64,000 nt of DNA, taken from the IMG/VR virus record IMGVR_UViG_3300027977_000007, one strand, 5' to 3'. The stretch's first letter is position 1. Every line of letters starts with the position of its first letter. Source of the stretch: a virus. This document shows, piece after piece, positions 19,338 through 28,990 of the stretch. Below the pieces are notes generated by a model that was not told where the DNA came from, made no database searches, and saw only the letters and a list, made by a program, of their open reading frames with translations. Position numbers and translations under genes: made by a program.

Positions 19338-21179
19338 TTGATTAATTTAAATGACTTAAAAGGCCGTTCAGCAATTGATTTGTTGGAAAAATACGAAGGT
19401 ATTAATCCTTACATATTAAAACTTAAGAATGAATATATTAAAAATAAAAAAATATCTTTAACAGATAATCAGTCAGCCTATATAATAAAGAATAATAGTA
19501 GAGAACCAGAATATCTTAATCGAGTTATTGGCATAACCAAATACCTAGGTGAGGAACTTCAACGCCAACATGGTATATCATTTATACCAGAAAAGATTTT
19601 AATAGAATTTATTCTAGGTGAAAATGACAAATCTTTTCACATATATGGTAAATTAAGTAAAAATCAAAAAGAATCTAAGATGTATTGGATTCCAAAGACA
19701 CAATTGGTTGATGACCCATACTTTGAGGATATAAAGGTAGATGTAGATTTTACCAAATATAATGAGATTCTAGGCAAGTATGGTAAAAAGCTATATCAAC
19801 ACCAAGAAGATGGTGTTAAATTTTTATTATCAAGAAAAAACTGTATATTAGCTGACGATATGGGTTTGGGAAAAACAAACCAAGCAATAATCGGGGCCTT
19901 AGAAAGTGGGGCTAAAAAAATATTAATAGTCTCACCATCTTCAGCCAAGATTAATTGGGAACGAGAAATAAATGTTTTTTGTGATGATACAACTATAATA
20001 GAAGGTAAAAAATGGTCTAAAGCTAAATTTACGATAATAAATTATGATATCCTTAAGAATTTTCATACACTAGATGATGGTAAGAAACCAAAGGATGGTG
20101 AAGAACCAAAGAAATTAAATAGAGAATTAGCAAATGCTGGATTTGATTTGATAATAGTTGACGAAGCACATTATCTAAAAAATAATGATAGTATTAGAGG
20201 TAAGATAATGGTTGAATTAGTTGAAAAACATGGTATTCCAAATGTTTGGCTATTAACTGGTACACCAGTAGCTAATAGACCTATGGATTTCTTTAACCTA
20301 CTTAAGCTTATCAAGTCTAAGTTGGCAGAAAATTGGAAACATTATGCCGTTAGGTATTGTGATGCTAAAAAGATGTATAGAACACTTAAGAATGGTCAGA
20401 AAAAACAAATTTGGATAACAGATGGTGCTTCTAACTTGGATGAGCTATCTACCAAGACCAAAAACATAATTCTTAGGCGATATAAAACCGAAGTATTAGA
20501 TATGCCAGATAAGGTAGTGACACCATCATATTATCGTCTAGACTCTAAGGCTAGAAAAGAATATGATGCCTTATGGGAAGAATATTTAGAAAAACGTATT
20601 CTTGACGGTAAAAAGAATGGTAACATACAAAAAGACCTAGTTGAATTAATACTATTGCGACAATTTATTGCGGCTGCTGCAATACCCTATACTATTGAAA
20701 TGGTTGAAAATGCAATAGAAATGGGTCGTAAGGTAATTATATTTACAAGCTTTACTGAAGAATTAGAAATACTATCACAGCACTTTGGTAAACTATCGGT
20801 AAAGCACAACGGCCCAATGTCCACCACTCAGAAACAAAAATCAGTAGATGAGTTTCAAAATAATCCAAAGGTCAAGGTATTTATTGGTAACATAGATTCA
20901 GCTGGTGTGGCTATAACTCTAACTGAAGCAACTGTTGTGATATTTAATTCATTTTCTTGGGTGACTGGAAATAATGAACAAGCTGAAGACCGTGCATTCC
21001 GTATTGGACAAAAGAATAATGTTAACGTTTATTATCAATTATTTGAAGGAACGATTTCAACTAGAATGTGGGAGACACTTAAGAATAAACAATTAGTTAT
21101 TAGTACAATCTTAGGTGAAAGGAAGGATAAAAATGAAACTGAACTAATAATGGATAACATACTTAATACAGAAGAATAA
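19338..21179 (+). CDS. SNF2-family (HARP/SMARCAL1-like) helicase/ATPase
   Basis: Motifs LYQHQEDG, ILADDMGLGKT, IVDEAH, LLTGTP and QAEDRAFRIGQ. TTG start. Confidence 0.9.
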   Translation: MINLNDLKGRSAIDLLEKYEGINPYILKLKNEYIKNKKISLTDNQSAYIIKNNSREPEYLNRVIGITKYLGEELQRQHGISFIPEKILIEFILGENDKSFHIYGKLSKNQKESKMYWIPKTQLVDDPYFEDIKVDVDFTKYNEILGKYGKKLYQHQEDGVKFLLSRKNCILADDMGLGKTNQAIIGALESGAKKILIVSPSSAKINWEREINVFCDDTTIIEGKKWSKAKFTIINYDILKNFHTLDDGKKPKDGEEPKKLNRELANAGFDLIIVDEAHYLKNNDSIRGKIMVELVEKHGIPNVWLLTGTPVANRPMDFFNLLKLIKSKLAENWKHYAVRYCDAKKMYRTLKNGQKKQIWITDGASNLDELSTKTKNIILRRYKTEVLDMPDKVVTPSYYRLDSKARKEYDALWEEYLEKRILDGKKNGNIQKDLVELILLRQFIAAAAIPYTIEMVENAIEMGRKVIIFTSFTEELEILSQHFGKLSVKHNGPMSTTQKQKSVDEFQNNPKVKVFIGNIDSAGVAITLTEATVVIFNSFSWVTGNNEQAEDRAFRIGQKNNVNVYYQLFEGTISTRMWETLKNKQLVISTILGERKDKNETELIMDNILNTEE

Positions 21180-21190
21180 AATTAATTAAA

Positions 21191-21445
21191 ATGGTTACAA
21201 TATACACGATATCTGAATGCCCGTACTGTACAGAATTAAAAGATATTTTAACGTCTAATGGTATTGAATACATTGATGTTAATGTTGAATTGCCAGAGAA
21301 TGAGGCTACGTATAATAAGATTCATGACTTAACTAAGTCAGACCAAGTTCCGATTATAAGGGTTGGTAATCAATTATTGGTACCAAATGTATCCTTCAAT
21401 ACAATTAAAGATGCTGGCAATATAATTAAAAAATTATTAGGTTAA
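21191..21445 (+). CDS. Glutaredoxin / NrdH-like redoxin
   Basis: CPYC active site and QVP cis-Pro motif; 84 aa. Confidence 0.9.
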   Translation: MVTIYTISECPYCTELKDILTSNGIEYIDVNVELPENEATYNKIHDLTKSDQVPIIRVGNQLLVPNVSFNTIKDAGNIIKKLLG

Positions 21446-21481
21446 TACTATTTTATTGATATTTATAAATAAATAGAAATT

Positions 21482-22621
21482 ATGCCAGTAAGTACAGATG
21501 AAAGAGAAAAACTATTTACGCAATTTAGGCACTCACTTGGTGCACCAACACGTGCCGTTGAATTAACTGATGAACAACTTTGTACACTACTTGAGATATC
21601 AATAGAAGATTACGCTCAATATGTACAAGAATGGTTGATTGAACACCAATGGCAATCATTGTTAGGACAAAGTATTTCAACAACAGATATGTCTTTTGCT
21701 CTTAGTGTTCGAACACTTGATTATGTACAACAATCAACATATGCTTATTCTAAGCAAGTTGGATTACAAACAAATGGTCCATGGGAGTTAAAAAAAGACT
21801 ATGTTGAATTAGAAGCTGGTAGACAAGTTTATCAAATACCAGCTGGTCGTGAGGTTAATGAGGTATTATGGATAACTCCACCACCAACTAGTCAAGCCTT
21901 ATTAGCAAATTTTGGTGGTATTGACTATGGGTTCGGTGGTGGCTTTGCACAAACAGGTGCTGGCGTAAATGGTGGTTCTGGTCTTGGTGCTAGGGGTTAT
22001 TATATAGCTCCAGCATTTGATATATTATTAACCGCTTCTGATATGAACTTAAAAAATAGGATTGTTAGAAGTGAATTGGTGTATAAGATAACTGCTGGAC
22101 CAAATGGTACAAAATTGTTACATTTGTTATCCGTTCCAGGTTCTAAGTTTTCTTTTGGACAAGGTATTGGTGGTCTAGGTAATAACGTAAACATGACAGG
22201 TTCTCATGTTTGGTATTTTTATTATGATACGGTACCTGAAAATATTGACGATTGTTTGAGAGACAATCCAGATATCATCAAGATGCCAAACCAAGTTCCA
22301 TTATCAAAGTTAGATTATTCAGATTTTAATGAACCAACAAAAACACTAATAAGACAATTATTCATTGCTGAAGGTAAAAGAACCCTAGGTAGAGTACGTG
22401 GTAAATTTGGTGGGATTGTAGGGCCACCAGAGGCCGAAAGGACTATGGACTATGATACACTACTAAGTGAGGGTAATGAAGAGCGTAGAGCCGTCTTAGA
22501 ACGCTTAGACACTAGGTTATTAAGATTATCTACAACCAGTCAATTAGAACGAGCAGCTAACGAAGCTGAATATCTAAATAGAGCTTTAAAATTCCAACCA
22601 ATGGGATTCTGGGTATTCTAA
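21482..22621 (+). CDS. Neck / head-tail adaptor protein (T4 gp13-like)
   Basis: Motifs LGAPTRAVELTDEQL and KRTLGRVRGKFGG...MDYDTLLSEG; late motif upstream. Confidence 0.75.
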   Translation: MPVSTDEREKLFTQFRHSLGAPTRAVELTDEQLCTLLEISIEDYAQYVQEWLIEHQWQSLLGQSISTTDMSFALSVRTLDYVQQSTYAYSKQVGLQTNGPWELKKDYVELEAGRQVYQIPAGREVNEVLWITPPPTSQALLANFGGIDYGFGGGFAQTGAGVNGGSGLGARGYYIAPAFDILLTASDMNLKNRIVRSELVYKITAGPNGTKLLHLLSVPGSKFSFGQGIGGLGNNVNMTGSHVWYFYYDTVPENIDDCLRDNPDIIKMPNQVPLSKLDYSDFNEPTKTLIRQLFIAEGKRTLGRVRGKFGGIVGPPEAERTMDYDTLLSEGNEERRAVLERLDTRLLRLSTTSQLERAANEAEYLNRALKFQPMGFWVF

Positions 22622-22657
22622 AAATTAAAAGAGGGGAAATTTCCCCTCTTTTAATTT
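22622..22657. terminator. Bidirectional terminator between convergent neck and polymerase genes
   Basis: AAATTAAAAGAGGGGAA-AT-TTCCCCTCTTTTAATTT. Confidence 0.85.
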
Positions 22658-25600
22658 AAAATGGCCAACCATCGTCAATAACTTCTATTGTTGGTATTAC
22701 AATAGGTTCGTAGTCATCAGGTCTTTCAGCATATGTATCATCAAACTCATCTTCTAAGATAATTGATTCATCATTTTCAGCATCATTTTCAGCATCATCT
22801 TCAACATCATTTTCAGCATCATCCTCAGCATCATTTTCAGCATCATCCTCAGCAACCTTTTTTATTTTATTTGTGTTGATACCTTGATTAGCTTTTTCAC
22901 TTAGCAATTTAGCAACAACAGTTGCATCTACCAATGTTATCTCATCGGTATCTATGTTTATGGTTTCGCCAGACATAACCAATTGCTGATTAGTGTAATC
23001 AAGCCAAGCATCATACCTATCAACGCTTTCATTATTGGTTAGATTATAATAATGATTACGTCTTATAGCATCTTCTTCATATTTAAAGATATCATTTACA
23101 TGTGCTAAAACTTCACCCCATTTTCTAGAAACTAAATTACCTAAGCCATCGGTAGATATATCGGCAATGATAAAGATATCGATAGTTAATAAACCCTTAT
23201 TTGTAACATCGCTAAGTTCTTTAACTTCCAATCTTTTAAATAAATAATCTAATTTATTTTTTTCTTCTTCGATACTTTCAGCTCTAAACTTAGCCATTCT
23301 ATTATGATAATCGGACCTTATAGTGTCCCATTCATCTTGTGTCATATAGTTAGGCAACTTATCAACCTTATCCCAGAACTTAATCTCTTTATCTTCCATA
23401 CGCATAAGGTCAGCGTATGAATCTTGGTCACCAACATTAAACGGCATACCTGAAACCAATTCACATTCTTGCTTTGTGTAAACAGTACGCTCTTTTAATT
23501 TTTCAGTAACAATCTTTGTTTGTTTGTCTTTAGTTTTTATTATAGATAGAAGTATATTTTTTCTTACTTCTGGGTTAAAGCACACCAATAACGGCTTAAC
23601 CTTATTATTAAAGGTCTCTAGGTATTTAGGAACGTTATACTCATCAGTATGCAATTCGGTTTCAATTTCTGCAATCCTATTTTCGATAGCTACCTTATCA
23701 TCATCAGAATCCCCATCAATAGCAAGCAAGGCTTTTTTAAGAAGTTCAAGTTCTTTAATTATTTCGAAGTCATGTTCAACAACAGCTGGGTCAATTAATT
23801 TACAATTTAATTCAGTAACCTTATCCACTGGTGGATAAAAACCATTAGCTGCAAAAAATGCATCCCTTGCTTTCTTGGTCATTTTATTTTTATCAATTGT
23901 TTTCAAATCACCTTGACCTTTTGAATTACCAGTATTAATATAATATAAGGTATCACCTAGTGTTATATTAAGACCACCTAGGATTGCTAATTCCATATGT
24001 GCTTGTTTAGGCATAGGGTTACCAGCCTTATTCTTCATTGAAGCTTTCTTACGATAATCAGATAATGTAGTCTTAACCCTAGATTTATTGGCCATCTTAA
24101 CCAATGGTATTTGATAATTATATATCTTATCAACATATCCATAATAATAGTTAATAAATGACTGTCCATCACCATCTAATAACATACGTATAGCCTTAGC
24201 TAGAAAATCTTCGATAAACACAGGCATCTTCTTAGACTTAATGGAGTTACCGACTAGCTTAATTTTACCATTTATGTCATTTGCATAGTTCTTACGAGCA
24301 AAATTAATGGTTGAACGACAAATGTCGTCAATATCTAATCCCATACGACCTTCCATATAGTTTTCATTAAACTCAGCTAATACAGCATCCAATCCAATTA
24401 ATTCTTTGCCAGCATCCTTGGTTGTTTTCCAATGACTACCTCTAGCGACATATTTAATATCATCGATATTTGATGGGAAAGCAAAGTTAAAGCCATCAGT
24501 ATCACCAACCAAAGGTTTAAAGCCATGCTTTTCAGTAAAATGTCTAACCATAAGTCTTAAGGCTTGTCTACCACGACAAGTTGTTTCTTCAGCTGAATCA
24601 GTATCACCCCAATTAAAGATATATGGTGCACCATATGAACCAAACCATGAGTTGGCTAGGATTTTAAGTGGTAATTGCTTTTTATCGTATAGATTCGATA
24701 GACTTTTATACTCAGCAATCTTAGCTTCCACCTCAGAAATTTCTGAAGGGGTCATATTACTTCTATTTTTCTTTAATTCATCCGATAATTTATTGGCTTT
24801 TTTCTTTTCGCTACCAGTTAAATTTTTAAAGTGGTCCCTAGTATCAACAACATAAGTTAATATACCACGCATTACACCAGATATATCTAAGTCAGGGAAT
24901 ATTCCCCACGTTAATTGAATCTTAGGGTACAATGCAGCATAATCTAACTTAGCTACATCCTTAGCATAACCAATCTCTAATAGCCTTGATAAACCACCAG
25001 TAAATTCACGTTTTTGTTGTGTTTCTGGTATAGCTAACCCATTTTGGTACGACCAAGCAGACATTATTAATTTCCATTGACCAGCAGTACCCATTGTTGA
25101 TGAACGCATGAATGTTGTTGGTAATATCTTAGATATTAAGAATGAAGCTTGGTTAAATAGGTTATCAATTTGCTCTGTTTCCCATAAGTCATCGCATAGA
25201 TAACGTTGGACAATATAAGCACCAGTAGTTATAACATAGTTTGGCTTCAGATTAGCTTTTTCAGTTATCTTATACCAATCACCGTTGGTATTATTAAAGG
25301 CATACTGGTTAACCTTATCGGCCCAAATCAGACTAATCTTATCACCAGCAACATAAACACGGTTTGGCTTTGCTATTTCGGAATACTGAGTGATATATTT
25401 CAATCCCCAACTCTTAATCTCAGAGTTAATAGCCATGGCTCTTCTTACAGCGTGGGATATATCCAAGATATTATAACCATACATATGTGTTTGGTTATAA
25501 TGCTCTATTTCAGAACCCAACTTAAGCGTTGCTGATTTACGTTTAATCTTAGATATTCGATTAAGTGTAATTGCTAGCTCTGTTATATCCATACCAAGCC

Positions 25601-26363
25601 TTTCAGCACGGTCAAATAGATAAGGCCAGTCAAAGTTTTCTGAATTATAACCAGCTATTATATCTGGCTTTATCATATCGATAATTCTAAAGAATTTTGC
25701 GATATTTTCACGCTCACTATCTCGCTTATCCGATAATGTATTACCAATGCTCTCCAAGATATGTTCAATACCTCTATTATCCCTAACACCAATTTGTGTG
25801 ATAGCGTGTTTAGAAGCAAATAATCCTTCAGTTTCTAAGTCAAATTGAAAACGATGTAAGTCAGAGTAATCATCAATACCCTTAAATAATCTCTTACCAG
25901 ATTGTATTAAAAATTGCTCAGTTGGGCTAAACAATATAAACATCTTGTAGTTCTCTTTATCGAAGACATCAATACCGCCATCCTTAAAAAAGCTAATTAG
26001 TCTGTTATATGATTGGCTACACTTAGCAATGAATTTGTAACCATTTTCCATACGTGGCGGTACATACCCCTCATCATTATGGGTTCTTAATTTTTTAATT
26101 GTAACACCGTACTTATCACGAGCTTCAATTATTTTCATTCGATTCCCACCATACATAATCTTAGTTACATCTTCTTTAAACCAAATAAATGGTTCGTAAT
26201 GAGCAACTCGTTGGTATTTAGGTCTTGCTGGGTCATTGATGACCAAGGTAACATTATTCGTATGGTATTCGGATTCAACAGCTACGATATATTTTTCTGG
26301 GTCTGAACCCTGTAAAAATTGTTCAATTTGCTCGTTGGATAGGGTAGTTTTAGTTTGCGCCAT
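22656..26363 (-). CDS. DNA polymerase, family B
   Basis: Exonuclease motifs DLETEG, YNSENFDWPY and YLCDD. Polymerase motifs DYAALYP, KILANSWFG, GDTDG and RKNY. Confidence 0.95.
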   Translation of the reverse strand: MAQTKTTLSNEQIEQFLQGSDPEKYIVAVESEYHTNNVTLVINDPARPKYQRVAHYEPFIWFKEDVTKIMYGGNRMKIIEARDKYGVTIKKLRTHNDEGYVPPRMENGYKFIAKCSQSYNRLISFFKDGGIDVFDKENYKMFILFSPTEQFLIQSGKRLFKGIDDYSDLHRFQFDLETEGLFASKHAITQIGVRDNRGIEHILESIGNTLSDKRDSERENIAKFFRIIDMIKPDIIAGYNSENFDWPYLFDRAERLGMDITELAITLNRISKIKRKSATLKLGSEIEHYNQTHMYGYNILDISHAVRRAMAINSEIKSWGLKYITQYSEIAKPNRVYVAGDKISLIWADKVNQYAFNNTNGDWYKITEKANLKPNYVITTGAYIVQRYLCDDLWETEQIDNLFNQASFLISKILPTTFMRSSTMGTAGQWKLIMSAWSYQNGLAIPETQQKREFTGGLSRLLEIGYAKDVAKLDYAALYPKIQLTWGIFPDLDISGVMRGILTYVVDTRDHFKNLTGSEKKKANKLSDELKKNRSNMTPSEISEVEAKIAEYKSLSNLYDKKQLPLKILANSWFGSYGAPYIFNWGDTDSAEETTCRGRQALRLMVRHFTEKHGFKPLVGDTDGFNFAFPSNIDDIKYVARGSHWKTTKDAGKELIGLDAVLAEFNENYMEGRMGLDIDDICRSTINFARKNYANDINGKIKLVGNSIKSKKMPVFIEDFLAKAIRMLLDGDGQSFINYYYGYVDKIYNYQIPLVKMANKSRVKTTLSDYRKKASMKNKAGNPMPKQAHMELAILGGLNITLGDTLYYINTGNSKGQGDLKTIDKNKMTKKARDAFFAANGFYPPVDKVTELNCKLIDPAVVEHDFEIIKELELLKKALLAIDGDSDDDKVAIENRIAEIETELHTDEYNVPKYLETFNNKVKPLLVCFNPEVRKNILLSIIKTKDKQTKIVTEKLKERTVYTKQECELVSGMPFNVGDQDSYADLMRMEDKEIKFWDKVDKLPNYMTQDEWDTIRSDYHNRMAKFRAESIEEEKNKLDYLFKRLEVKELSDVTNKGLLTIDIFIIADISTDGLGNLVSRKWGEVLAHVNDIFKYEEDAIRRNHYYNLTNNESVDRYDAWLDYTNQQLVMSGETINIDTDEITLVDATVVAKLLSEKANQGINTNKIKKVAEDDAENDAEDDAENDVEDDAENDAENDESIILEDEFDDTYAERPDDYEPIVIPTIEVIDDGWPF
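22771..22854. repeat. 12-bp tandem repeat (7 units) encoding an acidic AE(D/N)D tract of the polymerase
   Basis: TCATTTTCAGCA / TCATCCTCAGCA units; protein AEDDAENDAEDDAENDVEDDAENDAEND. Confidence 0.85.
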
Positions 26364-26376
26364 ATTATTTTTTTTA

Positions 26377-26474
26377 CAAAACTACGTATATTTTTACTAT
26401 TAAACAAGTAGAATGGCTAAATATTTTTTAACTTTGTACGTTACAAAGTTACGAAAAGTTATTGAGATAAACAA
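26377..26474 (-). promoter_or_regulatory. Tandem Bacteroidota-type promoters of DNA polymerase
   Basis: CTACTTGTTTA...CGTAACTTTG (26474-26444) and CTACTTGTTTA...CGTAGTTTTG (26407-26377), both TTG-N20-TAnnTTTG. Confidence 0.75.
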
Positions 26475-26484
26475 GTAGGATTAA

Positions 26485-26856
26485 TTATTTTTTTATACCA
26501 TGGTCAAGTACCGTAACGTACAATGATTCACGTATAGGTACAATCAAGGTACCTGAACCGTCAAGAAACTCAATATCGAACTGTGCTACATATCTACCAG
26601 CCACAGATGTTTCTTTCTCAGTAAACTTATAAATCAAGTAGTATTCCTCACCAACACAACTCGCTGGTGTTACCAGTTGAACACCAGTAGATTTCTTGGC
26701 AATTCTTTTAACACCAGTAACCACATCACTCATGGTAAAATATATATCGGCATTCTGAATCAGCTCAAAAAACTTTTGAAAGTCATTTCGGCCATCACGA
26801 ATAAGTTCCAGTTTTAAAACTGGTAATGTTGAATTTTTGTTTATGAAGAATTCCAT
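26485..26856 (-). CDS. Small virion protein, BppU N-terminal-like (Ig-type) domain
   Basis: Pattern FFINKNSTLP...AGRYVAQFDIEF...GTLIVP; late motif upstream. Confidence 0.5.
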   Translation of the reverse strand: MEFFINKNSTLPVLKLELIRDGRNDFQKFFELIQNADIYFTMSDVVTGVKRIAKKSTGVQLVTPASCVGEEYYLIYKFTEKETSVAGRYVAQFDIEFLDGSGTLIVPIRESLYVTVLDHGIKK

Positions 26857-26881
26857 ATTGTTTATAAATATCTTTAAATAA

Positions 26882-27028
26882 TTATTTAGACAGATAAAGC
26901 TCTAAAAATCTTGCTTGTACATCAGAATCAGTCCATTAATTTATTGTTTCATTGCCATTGATTGTTAAATCATCTGTAAAGGTAGGGTTTGTGTTAACAT
27001 TTAATTGTGAAATTTTTTTATTTGGCAT
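26882..27028 (-). pseudogene. Collapsed remnant of a fibre gene plus the tail of a downstream small gene
   Basis: Late motif, then MPNKKISQLNVNTNPTFTDDLTINGNETIN*WTDSDVQARFLELYLSK* (in-frame TAA at 26936-26938). Confidence 0.55.
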
Positions 27029-27174
27029 ACTTTAATTTAGTTTATAATAAATATATTAAACTAATATAAAACCTAAGAAATAAAAACGTTATTTAAAATT
27101 TATACCCAAACCATTCCATAACCACTTTGCTGCAACAATAAATAAGCGTCTTCTGTCAATATAAAATTGGTGTC

Positions 27175-28980
27175 TTAAATGCCATATCTAGGTGCACCAT
27201 TAACATAATTGTATTGAATATTAGCATAATTTAAATCACAAATATTAAATTTAAATTGTGATATACCACCAATAAAGGTACCACCAAAGTTTTCTTCTAT
27301 TGGTAAACCAGCATCTTTAGCATCTGGTCCATCAAAGGTTTGAGTTTCAATTAACCCCTGACTACCACCACCAATGCTTAAATTAAACGGCACACCAACT
27401 TGTTTTGATTTATATTCATTTAGACGTTTAGCCATATGTTCTGGGAAATCATTTACAACATATTTGAGCTTTGAATTAACATAAAACATTAACTTACCTA
27501 CCCGTTGACCTTTTGTTTCTAGTTCGCAATCAGTTAAATAATTTGTTACGTATCTAATAACAACATAAGACCACTCATTTGATGATACAATCCCTGCTTC
27601 AGAATAACCCTCTTGAATTGTAACGCCACTGGTATATATTCTTTCACCACTAGCATTTGTTGAACAATCACCAGTAACGGTTAACATTCTATAACCAATT
27701 TTTCCATCACTAGTTATCCTAAAACCTAAGGCATTGTCAATAATATCTAATCTGTAATCAACTTCAGTTTGAGGCTTGGTATTACCACTATAAGTCTCGA
27801 TGGTTTTATTACCAAAACCATCGTTAGGATTATCACAACAAGTACTAGCTGAATAAGTTGTACCTCGACCATATATTAAAAACGGATTAGTGTAATCTGA
27901 TATAACTTCAGCACTCTTGGCAACCGAAATACCCTTGCCATCGTAAGTATAAACTGTTTTGGTACCTAACCCATCAATACTGCCATGATAATATGAAGAA
28001 TAATGAGTATCAGTAGTTGTTGTTGTTGTTGTTCCTGTTGTGAATATAAAGCTATCTGTCGCACCAGTAAGTCTACTAGGACTAGCGTCATATGCTCTAC
28101 CATAAATCAAGAATTGATTTGTAATTAACTCTATTTCGATTTGTGGTGGGTCTAGAGGTATTGCGAAGCCATAATCACCAACAATCGAGACATCAGGTTC
28201 TTTTAATACCGTACAAAATGTGGTTACGGTACCAGTACATGCGGTTGTTGTTGCTGAACAAGCACTTAAACAACCAGTATTATTACCCTCAAATTGATTC
28301 CAAAACTTATTTTCGGCACGAGTACCCATATAGAAGAAGAAGCCAGCATTATTTGGATATGTATCATTTAATGTTGTACCAGTACTATCACAAATATCTT
28401 GAGGGTTTAACCAAAATTCGGCTGACCAAGCTTGGTTAACCCTAGTTGGCAATACTTCATAAGTACTTCCATCTATTTTATAATAACCTTGATAAAAACC
28501 ACCACAAAATTGAGTATAGTCACCTTCAGTACCACCAATAACTCGTTCTGTTGGATAAACATATGTATCAGTTGTGCCAGTAACTAAATGCATCATAAAT
28601 CTAGTCTCGCCAGATGGTATAATTAACGTGCTACCAGTCAATGCATCAACCAATGCATCATTTTTATAATCCAATGGGTCTTTTTCAAAGGTAACAAGAC
28701 CATTATCAATACCAGTCAAACCAATAGTATTAAAGGTATAACCAGTATTTACAGCATTATCCCAAGATACCAAGCTATAAATCGTTGAAGCCGTTGTAGC
28801 ACTATTTGGGTATATACTAACATTATCAAAGTCATACCAAACAACGAAACAATCACCAGAAGTTAAACCACCACTGGCTTGTATTGGGGTACTATCATTA
28901 GCTAAAAAGAAATCCCAATAATCGGAATTACTTAGTTTTAAATCTAACTTATTAAAATTAAAATTTTTTATGTTTACCAT
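27175..28980 (-). CDS. Virion structural protein with ConA/LamG-like beta domain
   Basis: Motifs WSAEFWLNP, EWSYVVIRY, LMFYVNSKL and FIGGISQFKF; Cys/Thr-rich inserts. Confidence 0.55.
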   Translation of the reverse strand: MVNIKNFNFNKLDLKLSNSDYWDFFLANDSTPIQASGGLTSGDCFVVWYDFDNVSIYPNSATTASTIYSLVSWDNAVNTGYTFNTIGLTGIDNGLVTFEKDPLDYKNDALVDALTGSTLIIPSGETRFMMHLVTGTTDTYVYPTERVIGGTEGDYTQFCGGFYQGYYKIDGSTYEVLPTRVNQAWSAEFWLNPQDICDSTGTTLNDTYPNNAGFFFYMGTRAENKFWNQFEGNNTGCLSACSATTTACTGTVTTFCTVLKEPDVSIVGDYGFAIPLDPPQIEIELITNQFLIYGRAYDASPSRLTGATDSFIFTTGTTTTTTTDTHYSSYYHGSIDGLGTKTVYTYDGKGISVAKSAEVISDYTNPFLIYGRGTTYSASTCCDNPNDGFGNKTIETYSGNTKPQTEVDYRLDIIDNALGFRITSDGKIGYRMLTVTGDCSTNASGERIYTSGVTIQEGYSEAGIVSSNEWSYVVIRYVTNYLTDCELETKGQRVGKLMFYVNSKLKYVVNDFPEHMAKRLNEYKSKQVGVPFNLSIGGGSQGLIETQTFDGPDAKDAGLPIEENFGGTFIGGISQFKFNICDLNYANIQYNYVNGAPRYGI

Positions 28981-28990
28981 GACTTTTTTG

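Noticed and set aside
14949-22854. Repeats as a CRISPR array or DGR template/variable repeats
   Set aside because: They are in-frame coding repeats without unique spacers. There is no adenine-specific mismatch pattern, and no reverse transcriptase or cas gene is seen.
24490-24960. Polymerase motif variants (DYAALYP, NSWFG, GDTDG) as evidence for modified-base DNA
   Set aside because: The catalytic Asp/Lys residues are intact. Without an alignment the variants cannot be told apart from lineage drift.
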